Source: Bryobacterales bacterium
Lineage (GTDB): Bacteria; Acidobacteriota; Terriglobia; Bryobacterales; UBA6623
Reading direction: 5' to 3'
Length of the DNA stretch: 64,000 nucleotides
Assembly (NCBI GenBank): GCA_965217195.1
Contig: CBDCHL010000005.1
Span: 180,118-244,117, forward strand
Below the pieces are notes generated by a model that saw nothing but the letters and a program-made list of their open reading frames with translations, was not told the DNA's origin and searched no databases. Below, piece by piece: positions 54,056 to 64,000 of this stretch (the first letter of the stretch is position 1; the number at the start of each line of letters is the position of its first letter). The position numbers were made by a program, and so were the translations under genes.

Positions 54056-54559
54056 ATGCATTACGCGAACATCGAATCCCCGGTAGGCCCTATCCATTTG
54101 CTGGCTAACTCGGAGGGTCTGGAGGCGCTTTTCTTTGATGCCCAAATCGATGACATGGAGACCCGCTTCCCCTCGTCCGCGCGTCAACCGGGCCGCGGAA
54201 ACACGTGGCTGATGCGCGCCGAAGGGTTTGCCGCTTGCTACTTCGCGGGTGACCTCGACTACATCCCTGACATTCCCTTGGCCGCGGAGGGCACCGACCT
54301 CCAGCGGGAAGTGTGGCACGCCCTCACGACGATCCCGCCGGGCGAGACGCGAACCTATGGGCAGATCGCCGAACAGGTTGACCGTCCTACCGCCGCCCGG
54401 GCCGTGGGCGCTGCAGTCGGTCGCAATCCGATTTCGCTGCTCATTCCATGCCATCGCGTGATCGGTTCCGGTGGCGAGCTGACGGGGTACGCCGGCGGAC
54501 TCGACGTAAAGCGGTTCTTGCTCGGACACGAGGAACAGTCGCTTGATGCGGGTGCATGA
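54056..54559 (+). CDS. ogt: Methylated-DNA--protein-cysteine methyltransferase
   Basis: IPPGETRTYG, ARAVGAA..RNP, IPCHRV, GYAGG. Confidence 0.93.
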   Translation: MHYANIESPVGPIHLLANSEGLEALFFDAQIDDMETRFPSSARQPGRGNTWLMRAEGFAACYFAGDLDYIPDIPLAAEGTDLQREVWHALTTIPPGETRTYGQIAEQVDRPTAARAVGAAVGRNPISLLIPCHRVIGSGGELTGYAGGLDVKRFLLGHEEQSLDAGA

Positions 54560-57470
54560 GGCATTTCCGCGCGTCTTAGGCGTCTTGACGCTCGTCGCGG
54601 CGGGTGCCGCATTGCTTTCAGCACAGACCCCAGCGGGAAACTTGGGACAACCGGTTGCCCTCATCGTCTCTTCTCTGGGCGGCGAGGTCTTCCCCGCCGG
54701 ACAGGACACGGGATTCGCGGCGGCATCGGGGACCATCGTATTTCCCGGGGACCGACTGCGGGCCGGCACAGGGGGCACAACTTTGATGTTTTGCCCGGGG
54801 AAAAGCGAATACGCTCTCTCCTCCGGGTCTCAAATCGAGTTCACGTCAGAAGAGATACGCACAATCAGCGGCGAACTCACCCTGACCGGCAGCACCTCGA
54901 TTTGCTCTTTGCCACCGTTGCCGCGAGGAGCGCCGGCGGGACGTTTCCACAACGGCGCCTCGCTGTCGCGCGATTTGCTCCAGGACGAGCCTTCTCCTTC
55001 GGATTTCGACACCCGTCTTGCCGCGCTGCCCGGCGCGGCCCGCGCCAATCTGGAAACCGAGTTGGCCGCGATCGACAGCGCTCTCCAGACCAACCCCGAC
55101 GGACTCAACGCCAGGGTGGCTCGCGCGGCGCTGTTCGACCGATACGGGCTGTCGCTCGACGCCCGTAATGAGTACCGCACCATCCTCGCGAAATGGCCCG
55201 ACGCGACCTGGGCGAGTTCACGGTTGTTTGTCCATGACGAAGCCGTGGCTGAAAACGAGCTCCGTGAAGCCTCGGTCGGGAGTTCGGCCACTGAGGCGGG
55301 CACGAGTTACGCGCTGCTCGTAGGAATTTCCGACTATCAGAACTCGCGGATCATCCCCTTGCGGTTCGCTCACGAGGACGCGCTCTTGTTTCGTGAGCAC
55401 TTGCTTAGCGAGCGCGGCGGGGCTTTGCCACAAGAAAATGTTCAGCTCTTGGTCAACGAGCAAGCGACGACGTCCGCCTTGCGGCTGGCTTTCGATGCTC
55501 TGCTCAAGGCGCGCGCCGGACCGGACGATACCGTCCTCATCTTCCTCGCCGGCCATGGTACCGTCGACCCCACGACCCGCGAAGGTTTCATTGTCACCTA
55601 CGACAGCGATCCCCAAGACCTCGCCTCCACCGGCCTCCCGATGGCCGACCTGCAAGAGCTTGTTCGGACAAAGCTATCGACGGTCGGGCGAGTGCAGATC
55701 TACGTCGACGTTTGCCACGCCGGCACAATAGGCACGATTCGGGCCAAGGGCAATCGCATCAACAGCGTGATGGAGCGACTCGGCGAGGCCGACGGCGAAA
55801 TCGTTGGGTTCATGGCGAGTCGGCCGCGCGAAGTTTCCTACGAGGGCCCGCAATACGGCGGCGGGCACGGCGCCTTCAGCTACTTCATGCTGAACGCGCT
55901 CAACGGCGCCGCTGATTACGATCAGGATGGGGTAGTCAATATCTCCGACCTCATCGACTACGTAGAGTCGCGCGTCGAGGAAGGGACCTACGATCGACAA
56001 CATCCCCGTGATTTCGGTGTTTTTGACAACGACTTGATCGTCGCCGACCTCGGTAAGCCGGGGGTGGAGATTCCGGAATGGAGCGGTGTCGCGGCCCAAG
56101 GCGACCCGTCGGGAGAGGCCGCGGGCCGTAGTCTTTCCGCGAGATCGCTCGTGCCGCCCGCACCGCCGATTCCCCGCGGGCGTCGCGATTTGGCCGACGA
56201 TATCCGCCTGTTTCAAGACGCCGTCGGGGAAGGTCGTCTTTTACCGGGCGACCGAGACAACGCGTTTCAAGTTCTCGGGGCGCTGCGGCGTCGGTTGCCT
56301 AAACCCCGCTACCTCGAACAGTCCAACCTGCTTCGTTCGGCACTCGAAATCAAGGGACAGCAAGTGCTGCTGCGCTACTTGCAGGGAGATCAGATTCCAC
56401 AAACCCGGGAAGATTTTTTGGCGGGCGCGGCCTTTCTAGAACAGGCCAAGGTCCTCACGCCCGAGTCCTTGCTGCTCGATGCGCGGGCGGCGTTTTGTCT
56501 GGGACGGGTGGCGATCTTCGACAAAGACTACGCCCGGGCGCGAACCTTGCTCGAACGGGCGGCTCGACTCGACCCCGCTGGAGCGTATTCGTTTAACGCC
56601 TTGGGGATTGCCTACCTCGAGCAAGCTGATTATGAACGCGCGGCCGCGGCCTTCCGGGACGCGATCCGGCGAGCAGGCCGTTGGGCGTATCCCTATCACA
56701 ATCTCGCGCTGACCTATCTCCAGAGAGGAGATTACGCGAACTCGGTGGCGACCTATCGCAAGGCCATCGAGCAGGCTCCGGATTTCGCGTACCTCTCCTA
56801 CAACCTGGGCCTGGTCTATCAGAAACTGAATCGCGGGCGAGAGGCCCAGAGAGCGTTTCTTGAGGCCGAACGCAAAGCGGCTCATCTCGAGGCTCGGGCG
56901 CGCGCCAGACACACCGCGCTTGCCCGCAACGCCCGCGGCTATTCGAAAGCCGCCGCGGGCAAGACGCGCCAAGCCGAGCAACTATACCGCGAGGCTCTCG
57001 GTCTCGACGACGGCCTGCTCGAGGCGCGTCACAACTTGGCGGTCCTGCTGAGCGGACCCCGCGCGAATCGATTCGCGGAGGCTGTGGATCTCTGGCGCGA
57101 AAATCTCGCAGGTGATGCCGACTATTTACCATCCAGATTGAGCCTGGCCCGGGCGCTCGAACGTGCCGGGAATTCCGCCCGCGCCGCCGTCGAATACGAA
57201 CACGTGGTCGAGCAACAGCCCGGCTATGGCGCGGCTCGCCTGGCGTTGGCCGACCTTTATCTTGAATCCCAAAATGTCGCCAAAGCCCTTGAGCATTTGG
57301 AGAAGGCGCGGGAATCCCAACCCACAAACGCCCGCGTGCACGAAAAGATAGGTGACGCGCTGCGCCACTCGGGCGATCGCGACGCCGCGGAAGACGCCTA
57401 CCGCCGTGCGCTGGAGCTCGTCGGCGATAACAGGACGCGCAAGCGTATCCGCCGCAAGCTCCGGGATTAG
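54546..57470 (+). CDS. Caspase-family (peptidase C14) protein with signal peptide and C-terminal TPR array
   Basis: ALLVGISDY, IFLAGHG (His), YVDVCHAG (Cys), GHGAFSYFML.AL.G.AD; many TPRs. Confidence 0.88.
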   Translation: MRVHEAFPRVLGVLTLVAAGAALLSAQTPAGNLGQPVALIVSSLGGEVFPAGQDTGFAAASGTIVFPGDRLRAGTGGTTLMFCPGKSEYALSSGSQIEFTSEEIRTISGELTLTGSTSICSLPPLPRGAPAGRFHNGASLSRDLLQDEPSPSDFDTRLAALPGAARANLETELAAIDSALQTNPDGLNARVARAALFDRYGLSLDARNEYRTILAKWPDATWASSRLFVHDEAVAENELREASVGSSATEAGTSYALLVGISDYQNSRIIPLRFAHEDALLFREHLLSERGGALPQENVQLLVNEQATTSALRLAFDALLKARAGPDDTVLIFLAGHGTVDPTTREGFIVTYDSDPQDLASTGLPMADLQELVRTKLSTVGRVQIYVDVCHAGTIGTIRAKGNRINSVMERLGEADGEIVGFMASRPREVSYEGPQYGGGHGAFSYFMLNALNGAADYDQDGVVNISDLIDYVESRVEEGTYDRQHPRDFGVFDNDLIVADLGKPGVEIPEWSGVAAQGDPSGEAAGRSLSARSLVPPAPPIPRGRRDLADDIRLFQDAVGEGRLLPGDRDNAFQVLGALRRRLPKPRYLEQSNLLRSALEIKGQQVLLRYLQGDQIPQTREDFLAGAAFLEQAKVLTPESLLLDARAAFCLGRVAIFDKDYARARTLLERAARLDPAGAYSFNALGIAYLEQADYERAAAAFRDAIRRAGRWAYPYHNLALTYLQRGDYANSVATYRKAIEQAPDFAYLSYNLGLVYQKLNRGREAQRAFLEAERKAAHLEARARARHTALARNARGYSKAAAGKTRQAEQLYREALGLDDGLLEARHNLAVLLSGPRANRFAEAVDLWRENLAGDADYLPSRLSLARALERAGNSARAAVEYEHVVEQQPGYGAARLALADLYLESQNVAKALEHLEKARESQPTNARVHEKIGDALRHSGDRDAAEDAYRRALELVGDNRTRKRIRRKLRD

Positions 57471-57474
57471 AAGA

Positions 57475-58080
57475 ATGGCGCGGGGCTTCCAAGATTCCAG
57501 TCGTTTTCGAGCCGCAATCGAGCGCATTGACGCGGCCAACGCCGAGGATCCCAACGTCGAGATTGACGCGGGTAAGCGGCACCCTAAGGAGTTACTCTAC
57601 GCCCGGCGGATGACTTCCGCTCTCAATCGCATTGCACCCGCCGCGTCCGAGACGGTTCGACTCGCGGTGCGCGCGCAACATATCCAACGCTGGAGAATTC
57701 CGCGGGACAGTTATCCGAAAGACCGTCAGGGATATCGCCGCTGGCGAACCGAGTTGGGCAAGTTTCACGCCAAGACCGCGGGAGCGATCTTACGCGACGT
57801 CGGCTACGACGAGGCAATCGTTGAGCGCGTAGCCGCACTGTTACGCAAGGAGCGTCTGAAGGCCAATCCTGAGTGCCAATTGCTGGAGGACGTCATTTGC
57901 CTCGTTTTTCTGGAGCACTATTTCGAAGACTTCGCGGAGCAGCACGATGAGGAAAAACTGGTCAGTATCATTCGCAAGACTTGGAACAAAATGTCGGAAC
58001 TGGGTCACGAAGCCGCGCTCGAACTTGCCTTACCCGAGCATCTAAAGAACCTTGTGGGCAAAGCGCTGGGAGGGGCCTGA
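57475..58080 (+). CDS. DUF4202 protein
   Basis: IDAANAEDPN, ELLYARRM, RAQHIQRW.IPR..YP, LEDVICLVFL, KTW.KMS. Confidence 0.9.
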   Translation: MARGFQDSSRFRAAIERIDAANAEDPNVEIDAGKRHPKELLYARRMTSALNRIAPAASETVRLAVRAQHIQRWRIPRDSYPKDRQGYRRWRTELGKFHAKTAGAILRDVGYDEAIVERVAALLRKERLKANPECQLLEDVICLVFLEHYFEDFAEQHDEEKLVSIIRKTWNKMSELGHEAALELALPEHLKNLVGKALGGA

Positions 58081-58322
58081 TTTGCTTCGCCCTTCCAGGA
58101 CTCCGCGGGAAGAGCTACCTGGGGTTCCGCCATTCCGGCTCCCCCCCAGGCTATATTCCAGACGCTGCTTCGTGGCTTTAGTTTCTCGGAGGTTTTTCGC
58201 CGACTCGCGGTGAGCTCGCAAAGTCAACGTTCTCGGTTTGCGGTCGAGGGGGATTGTCGCGTACCGCTCGCTCCGGGCTCTGTAGCTGCTTCTGAATTGT
58301 GTGCACCGACGCGAGGGGGCGA

Positions 58323-58356
58323 TTTTTTCACGGCCCCTTACGCTCGCGGCTCGGTT
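58323..58356 (-). repeat. Half-copy of the REP-like element at 842-902
   Basis: Reverse complement aaccgagccgcgagcgtaaggggccgtgaaaaaa versus aaccgagccgcgactgtaaaggggctgtggaaaaa; overlaps the stop codon. Confidence 0.5.
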
Positions 58357-60283
58357 ATTCGTAGAAGCGAAAATTATCGAGCTCCAACCAGGCGGCTTCG
58401 CCGGGTCGGCCCCGTAACTCGAACATCAACTTGGTTAGATCGTCGCCACGCCAAGCGACCGGGCGACGGGCCGTGGGTTGCTGTAGTTCCAAGAAGTCGA
58501 TCCGTACTGTCCTCCACGCCGCCGCGGCTTCGAACCGCGCCTCGTAGTAGTCGTAGTCGCGAATGTGGCGGGTCGCAACAATGAAGCGATGCTCTCCGTC
58601 GCCACGTACCTCGAATTCGACGCCCTTGTATCCCCGCGCGTCGACGGGCTCGACGGCGCCCGGCTGTAGCGGTAAATCCGCGCTGACGAAAGGTTTCTCG
58701 GATTGCGACATCCGTGCCGTAATCGAAAGGGCGTAGCCGCCCTCCTCACGCCGAATCCGGGTAAACAAAGAGCGCGAGGGGTTGCTTCCGCGCTCAGTGC
58801 GGTTCACCCAGCGTGTACCGATCGCACTGTGGCGGTCCGGTTTCTCGAAGTCGTCGATCAAGGGCCCGACCGTCCGCGCGGGAATCGGCGTTGGATCGGT
58901 CGATTGGATCGCTCGCGCCAACGCGGGACGGTCCACTTCCCTGCCCCCCACGAATACGCGGGCGATGTTTTCGATGGCGGCGATGTCGCGATGTGGAAGG
59001 CCGTTCACGAGAACGAGATCGGCCAACCGGCCCGACGCAATGGTTCCGCGTTCCCCCTCCAGCCGCAAAGCCCGTGCGCTGTTGCCCGTCGCCGCGGTGA
59101 TTGCTTCGAGCGGTGTCAATCCGGCGTGTACGAGGAGACGGAGTTCGCGCAGAGTCGACCAGCCATGGTACGCTCGCGCAACGCCGGAATCCGTCCCGGC
59201 GGCGAAGCGTATGCCTGCCGCCGCCAGTTTGCGGTTGTTGTCGACCAGCAGGCGCCAGCGTCGGGATCGGGCGTTTCCGTTTCCACTACCGTGAGCACTG
59301 TAGGGTTTGACGAGACGCGATAGAGGCGTCGGGGTTAACAGGGGAGGATCGATCGCTTCGCGAACGGCGGGATCCAAAACCGATCGCAGCAGCGGCGTTA
59401 GCAGGTCGGACGCGCGCGGATGGTAGACGGCCAGCGTCGGCGCGTAGGCGGCGGCACGGGCGATGATCAGCTCGATCCATTCCCCATCGACTGCACGGTC
59501 TCCGGCGCCATGGGCGATGACGTCGATTCCGGCGCGGGCCGCCATCTTTCCTCGATCAACGGTTACGGTATGAGTCAGCACTGGGAGGCCGGCGTCGTGC
59601 GAGGCCTCGACTATGGCGTGTAGCGTCTCTTCGTTCATGCTGCTCATGTCGGGCGCGTAGCCATAGCGCCAGCCGTCGGTGAACACCTTGACGGCATCAG
59701 GCCGAAAGGGCAGTAGCCGTTTCACAGCTTTACGACCCTCGGCCGGAGTCGTCACGACGGCCGTGAAGAAATCTCCTCGGCCTCCTTCGACACCGTGTCC
59801 CGAGGGGGTTGTAATTCGCGCCGCGAGATGGACGCGAGGACCCTCCACAATGCCGGATTTCAGCAAACGCCGCATGGGATCAAACATCTCCGGATACGAA
59901 CCGAAATCGACCACGGTGGTGACGCCACAGTAGAGATAGGCCTTGAGGTTCTTACCCCAATCGCCGGAACGACGCCAAACGGCGGCATACGGTAGGTGAG
60001 TGTGCAAATCGAACAGTCCCGGTATGAGAGTTTTCCCTTCCGCCTCTATGACTCGGATGTCTTCCGGAAGCGACAAGTCAGGGCCGACAGCTTCAATTCG
60101 GTCGCCGTTGATAACGACCACGCCTCGAAACGGCTCCGCGCCGGTGCCGTCCACAATCACGGCATCAACAATTGCGATCCGCGCGGTCTCGGCTGTTCCC
60201 GATCGAGTCCCCGCAGCAATCCAAACAGCGGTCGCAAGAAGAAATAGAAGGCGCCGACATGTACGATTTAGATCCGGGACCAT
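58355..60283 (-). CDS. Amidohydrolase with C-terminal CIA30-like domain
   Basis: LIPGLFDLHTH, GTDSG, GTIASGRLADLV; C-terminus IDDFE...GYKGVEFEVRGDG...LELDNFRFY. Confidence 0.88.
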   Translation of the reverse strand: MVPDLNRTCRRLLFLLATAVWIAAGTRSGTAETARIAIVDAVIVDGTGAEPFRGVVVINGDRIEAVGPDLSLPEDIRVIEAEGKTLIPGLFDLHTHLPYAAVWRRSGDWGKNLKAYLYCGVTTVVDFGSYPEMFDPMRRLLKSGIVEGPRVHLAARITTPSGHGVEGGRGDFFTAVVTTPAEGRKAVKRLLPFRPDAVKVFTDGWRYGYAPDMSSMNEETLHAIVEASHDAGLPVLTHTVTVDRGKMAARAGIDVIAHGAGDRAVDGEWIELIIARAAAYAPTLAVYHPRASDLLTPLLRSVLDPAVREAIDPPLLTPTPLSRLVKPYSAHGSGNGNARSRRWRLLVDNNRKLAAAGIRFAAGTDSGVARAYHGWSTLRELRLLVHAGLTPLEAITAATGNSARALRLEGERGTIASGRLADLVLVNGLPHRDIAAIENIARVFVGGREVDRPALARAIQSTDPTPIPARTVGPLIDDFEKPDRHSAIGTRWVNRTERGSNPSRSLFTRIRREEGGYALSITARMSQSEKPFVSADLPLQPGAVEPVDARGYKGVEFEVRGDGEHRFIVATRHIRDYDYYEARFEAAAAWRTVRIDFLELQQPTARRPVAWRGDDLTKLMFELRGRPGEAAWLELDNFRFYE

Positions 60284-60444
60284 GAGCACTCGTTATCTTC
60301 TCATGCCTGTATTCCGGAACCGTCCAAGCGCGGGGTTGGAAGAAGCCATGGCGCCGAGACGTGCGGCCGGCCCCGCGGACAACGGATCGAAACGGCCTCA
60401 AGGCTCTGATATTCTGGGAATCGCTACGAGCCGCCACCAGCCCA

Positions 60445-61866
60445 ATGTTTGAACGCCATCAACGTAAAGCTGCCGTTCTATTCGCCGTCGCCGATGTCCT
60501 GCTGACCATTTGCGCGTTCGAGGCGGCCTACCAAACTCGCGTCGCGCTTCCTCTCGAGCGCGTTTTCTTCATCGTCGCGCCCACCAAAGCCCTTCTCCTT
60601 GTGTTCACCCTGCTGCTGTGGGTAGCTCTGGGTTCTTGGATCGGTGTCTATCGAAGGCTCTATGGAGCCAATGCGGTCGCTGCGGTCACTGACACCTTTG
60701 CCCAGGTGCTGCTCGGCACGTTGGGCCTGGTGGCTTTTCAGTACCTGATTGACCCGCACCTGGCCGTCAGTCGTCTGTTTGTGGGTCTCTTCGCCGTCTA
60801 CAACCTGGTCTTTCTCCTGCTCTACCGGCTGCTCGCCGGCAGAGTGCGCGGCTACATTCGGCGGCAATTCGGGGCCGAGGTCTACTACCTCATCGTCGGC
60901 ATGGGTGACAATGCGCTCGAAATGGGACGCCGCCTCGAAGAGGGCCGCGAGTTCGGTATCCGATTGCTGGCTTTTGTCGATCCGTCGGGGGAGCGGCGAT
61001 CCCCGCTTGAACTTGTGGGTGAGTACCCGGTCCACTCTCCCTCCGAACTTCCCTCGTTGTTGCGCGAACGCGTTATCGATGAAATTATCTTCGCCGTGGA
61101 TCGCGAAAAGTTGGCCGACCTCGAGGAGGTCTTCTTGCTGTGCGATGAGGAGGGCGTGAGAACGCGGGTTGTGATGGATATCTTTCCCCATGTGCACAGT
61201 CGCGTCTATTTGGATCGTTTCAGCGGCATTCCACTGCTGACATTTTCGGCGGCGCCGCACGACGAATTACGGTTGTTCGTCAAGCGCGCGATCGACGTGG
61301 CAGCGTCTTTGGTCGCGCTCATCATCCTCGCGATTCCTCTCGCAGCCCTCGCCGCGGTGGTCAAGCTCAGCTCCGCCGGCCCGGTCATTTTCCGCCAAGT
61401 TCGCTGTGGATTGAACGGGCGGAGATTTACGTTCTACAAGTTCCGCTCCATGGTAGACAAGGCCGAATCCCTGAAAGCCGAACTTGATTACCTCAACGAA
61501 AAGGACGGCCCTGTTTTCAAGATATCCGACGATCCCCGCTTGACACCGATCGGCCGTTACTTGCGCCGCTTCTCGATTGACGAGCTACCACAGTTCTGGA
61601 ATATCCTGCGAGGCGATATGTCACTTGTCGGGCCGCGTCCGGCCGTGCCAACCGAGATTGAACACTACGAGACGTGGCAAAGGCGCCGTCTGCGAATGCG
61701 CCCGGGACTGACCTGCCTGTGGGCCGTGAGAGGACGGGACAAGCTGGATTTCGACACCTGGATGCGGCTGGATCTCGAGTACATCGACACCTGGTCGCTG
61801 GGTCTCGATCTGAAGATTATCCTCCAGACGATTCCAAGTGTGCTGGCGGGCCGCGGGGCGAACTGA
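60445..61866 (+). CDS. Polyprenyl glycosylphosphotransferase (sugar transferase)
   Basis: KRAIDV, FYKFRSM, DPRLTPIG..LRRFSIDELPQFWNILRGDMSLVGPRP, RPGLT. Confidence 0.94.
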   Translation: MFERHQRKAAVLFAVADVLLTICAFEAAYQTRVALPLERVFFIVAPTKALLLVFTLLLWVALGSWIGVYRRLYGANAVAAVTDTFAQVLLGTLGLVAFQYLIDPHLAVSRLFVGLFAVYNLVFLLLYRLLAGRVRGYIRRQFGAEVYYLIVGMGDNALEMGRRLEEGREFGIRLLAFVDPSGERRSPLELVGEYPVHSPSELPSLLRERVIDEIIFAVDREKLADLEEVFLLCDEEGVRTRVVMDIFPHVHSRVYLDRFSGIPLLTFSAAPHDELRLFVKRAIDVAASLVALIILAIPLAALAAVVKLSSAGPVIFRQVRCGLNGRRFTFYKFRSMVDKAESLKAELDYLNEKDGPVFKISDDPRLTPIGRYLRRFSIDELPQFWNILRGDMSLVGPRPAVPTEIEHYETWQRRRLRMRPGLTCLWAVRGRDKLDFDTWMRLDLEYIDTWSLGLDLKIILQTIPSVLAGRGAN

Positions 61867-62119
61867 ACTGAATCGCCTCGCTCGAGGAGCCGGCTTCTGG
61901 AAATGACGGAGCTGGGAGTCTTCGGTCCGCGGCCGTATCGGATCAGCCGACTGCGCGCGCTGCAACCGATTTCTTCGACGCCCCTACGACCCGCCTTCTT
62001 CAGCGCTCAGAGAGATGCGAGACGGGAGATCGGGGATTCAGCCGGGGGCGCCGAAGTGGGGCGTGGTAGTGAGATTGAACACCTCGACGCGGACGCCCCT
62101 CACGGGAGTTTCGACTCCA

Positions 62120-62171
62120 TCGATTCCTTCTTCGCAGCTTCCGCGGCGGCCTTCTCTTCGGCGCGCGCTCC
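62120..62171 (-). repeat. 52-bp direct repeat, copy downstream of the hydrolase domain
   Basis: tcgattccttcttcgcagcttccgcggcggccttctcttcggcgcgcgctcc; 1 mismatch to 63057-63108. Confidence 0.9.
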
Positions 62172-62220
62172 GCTCACCCCAGGAATCTGGACATCACGAA
62201 CAACTGATTCCCTGGTTATT

Positions 62221-64000
62221 TCACCCGGGCCAAAACCGTTCGATGATTCGATAAAACTCCTCGGACTGTTCGTACCACATGAAGTGCCCGGCTTCCTCTA
62301 TGATCTCGACTCCAGCGTGAGGAATCGCTTCCTGGATCTGACCGAGGGTGTAAGCAGGCTCCGGATCGCTCCGGCCCCAGATGACCAAAACCGGTGCGCT
62401 GAGGCTGTCCAGGCCGTCCCGAGCGTCCCAATCGCGAGCTGTGAGGTCTTCCAACATGAGGTCCCCAACCTGCTTGCTATAGGAGGAGGTCGGGCCCGCG
62501 GCTTCGAGATGCAGGTGGGCCTTCGTTGGATCGTGGAAGTAACCCCCGACATAAATCTCTGCGGCCTTCATAATCGCCTCTTGCCCTTTCGCCTCGATTT
62601 GCGAATTCCAGTACTCCATCGCTTTCTTGTCTTGGCGATTTTCCAAGTTGGCCAGAAACTCTGAATTCGAATCCATTGTGACGCCGCCGGGGGCAGCGAG
62701 GACCATCGTCTCGATGCGGTCAGGATGCGCTCCGGCGTAGGAGAGCGCCAGTTGTGCGCCCCACGAGTGCCCAAGGATACGCAGTTTCTCCAATGCCAGG
62801 TGACGGCGTAAGGCTTCCAAGTCCTCGATGTATCGATCCAGATTTACGGTTCTTCGATTGTAGGCCGCCAGCTTTGATTCCCCCGTGCCGCGCTGGTCTA
62901 GGAGTATCGTGCGGTGGCTGCTGGAGAGTTCGTCCGCGACGGCGTTCAAGTTGTTGTGATCCCAGCCAGGACCGCCAGTCAGTATCACTACGATGGGACC
63001 CTCGCCCGCCTCGTAGTAAGTGAGGATCGTTCCGTCTTTCGACTCGAACGTGTTTTTCGATTCCTTCTTCGCGGCTTCCGCGGCGGCCTTCTCTTCGGCG
63101 CGCGCTCCAGAGAGGAGATTGAACATGCCATAGTTCCCCTCATGACACGCGTACTCGAATATCGGCCCCTCCGTCTTCCTCATGGGAAACACCGCTGTCC
63201 AGGATCTTGTGAACGACTCCGGATCATCGATCGTGTACTCGTAGCGCAGGGTGTCGGCGTCGACGCGCGTGATGCGTTCGACCACGTGCATATTCTCGCC
63301 GGATTTTTTGAACATCGTCTGATCGGTGAAATTGGTCGTGTCGACGACCAGCGTATCGCCCTCCCAACGGCCACGTGAGTCTCCCATCCACTGGCGGATG
63401 CCGGGCGAGAGATGCGAGCGCCCGTCGAGGGGGATGATGCGCGCGTCGTGGACCATCTCGTTGAGAATCGCCACGTATTCAGGAGTCTGGAAAAGCTGCA
63501 TGTTGTTGTTGTAGGCGCTTGGATTCATGGGCGGTCCGGAGTTGAACCCCACGATGCAACGCGCGCCCACACGGCGGTCCTCCGGGCCGTGGGCAGGACG
63601 TCGCCGAATCTCCGCCACGGCGTCCGCTCTCTTCTGCGCCTCGGGCGTCAAGGAAGGAATCCTGCCGGCCGGTGGATCCACAATCAGCGACGTTCGCCTG
63701 TCCGGTATGACCTCTGTTCCGCGGTCAAACCAGTACTGGTTATAGCTGCCAATGCAATCGACGAAGTTCGGAGAGCCGATACAGCGATCTGGAATCGCGC
63801 TCGAGTCGCGCTCTATGCGGCTTTGCGCTGCTTGCTCTTCCAGTTCACGCGCTTCCTTTTCCGTAAGAAGCTGTTTCCCCGACAGCTCACGGGGGCGTTC
63901 CAAGGGCGTGATGGTGCGGAAGTCCCATATCCCGCGCAGGTCGGGCTTACCCCACGGCGTCCGGGGCGGGGTCGGCGTGTCCACCGCGGAGGTCCGAGCC
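62221..64000 (-). CDS. Fusion: conserved hypothetical domain (TPWG.PDL...EYACHEGNY) + alpha/beta hydrolase (proline iminopeptidase-like); 5' end outside window
   Basis: Frame is open to the window end; GGPG, LDQRGTGES, GHSWG nucleophile, WGRSD, AGHF. Confidence 0.85.
   Translation of the reverse strand, partial: ARTSAVDTPTPPRTPWGKPDLRGIWDFRTITPLERPRELSGKQLLTEKEARELEEQAAQSRIERDSSAIPDRCIGSPNFVDCIGSYNQYWFDRGTEVIPDRRTSLIVDPPAGRIPSLTPEAQKRADAVAEIRRRPAHGPEDRRVGARCIVGFNSGPPMNPSAYNNNMQLFQTPEYVAILNEMVHDARIIPLDGRSHLSPGIRQWMGDSRGRWEGDTLVVDTTNFTDQTMFKKSGENMHVVERITRVDADTLRYEYTIDDPESFTRSWTAVFPMRKTEGPIFEYACHEGNYGMFNLLSGARAEEKAAAEAAKKESKNTFESKDGTILTYYEAGEGPIVVILTGGPGWDHNNLNAVADELSSSHRTILLDQRGTGESKLAAYNRRTVNLDRYIEDLEALRRHLALEKLRILGHSWGAQLALSYAGAHPDRIETMVLAAPGGVTMDSNSEFLANLENRQDKKAMEYWNSQIEAKGQEAIMKAAEIYVGGYFHDPTKAHLHLEAAGPTSSYSKQVGDLMLEDLTARDWDARDGLDSLSAPVLVIWGRSDPEPAYTLGQIQEAIPHAGVEIIEEAGHFMWYEQSEEFYRIIERFWPG
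63057..63108 (-). repeat. 52-bp direct repeat, copy at the domain junction
   Basis: Encodes GARAEEKAAAEAAKKES. Confidence 0.9.

Overview
GC-rich bacterial chromosome segment, most likely Acidobacteriota (Bryobacterales/Solibacteres-like). This assignment is inferred from gene order and from lineage-typical families; no database search was run. Housekeeping genes include rnc, ddl, asnS, an S41 protease, dnaX-ybaB-recR, msrA and acyP-apt-ispE-prs-rplY-pth-rpsF-rpsR-rplI. Accessory genes include a MacA/TPR/MacB/TolC export operon, Planctomycete-type PPC, DUF1549/DUF1553 and DUF1501 genes, a CxxCH-bearing squalene-cyclase-like protein, a probably exported caspase-TPR protein and two tandem HTH-TM-beta-propeller receptor-like genes bracketed by REP repeats. 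Mobile and decayed DNA comprises a complete IS630 (TA duplication, TIRs, A8G frameshift site) splitting a gene, two copies of a ~180 bp MITE, several REP copies, a four-frameshift Ser/Thr kinase pseudogene, an orphan vapB with a possible vapC remnant, and a 52-bp direct repeat that brackets an alpha/beta-hydrolase domain fused to the last gene. No tRNA, rRNA or CRISPR array was found. All family assignments come from motif recognition by eye.
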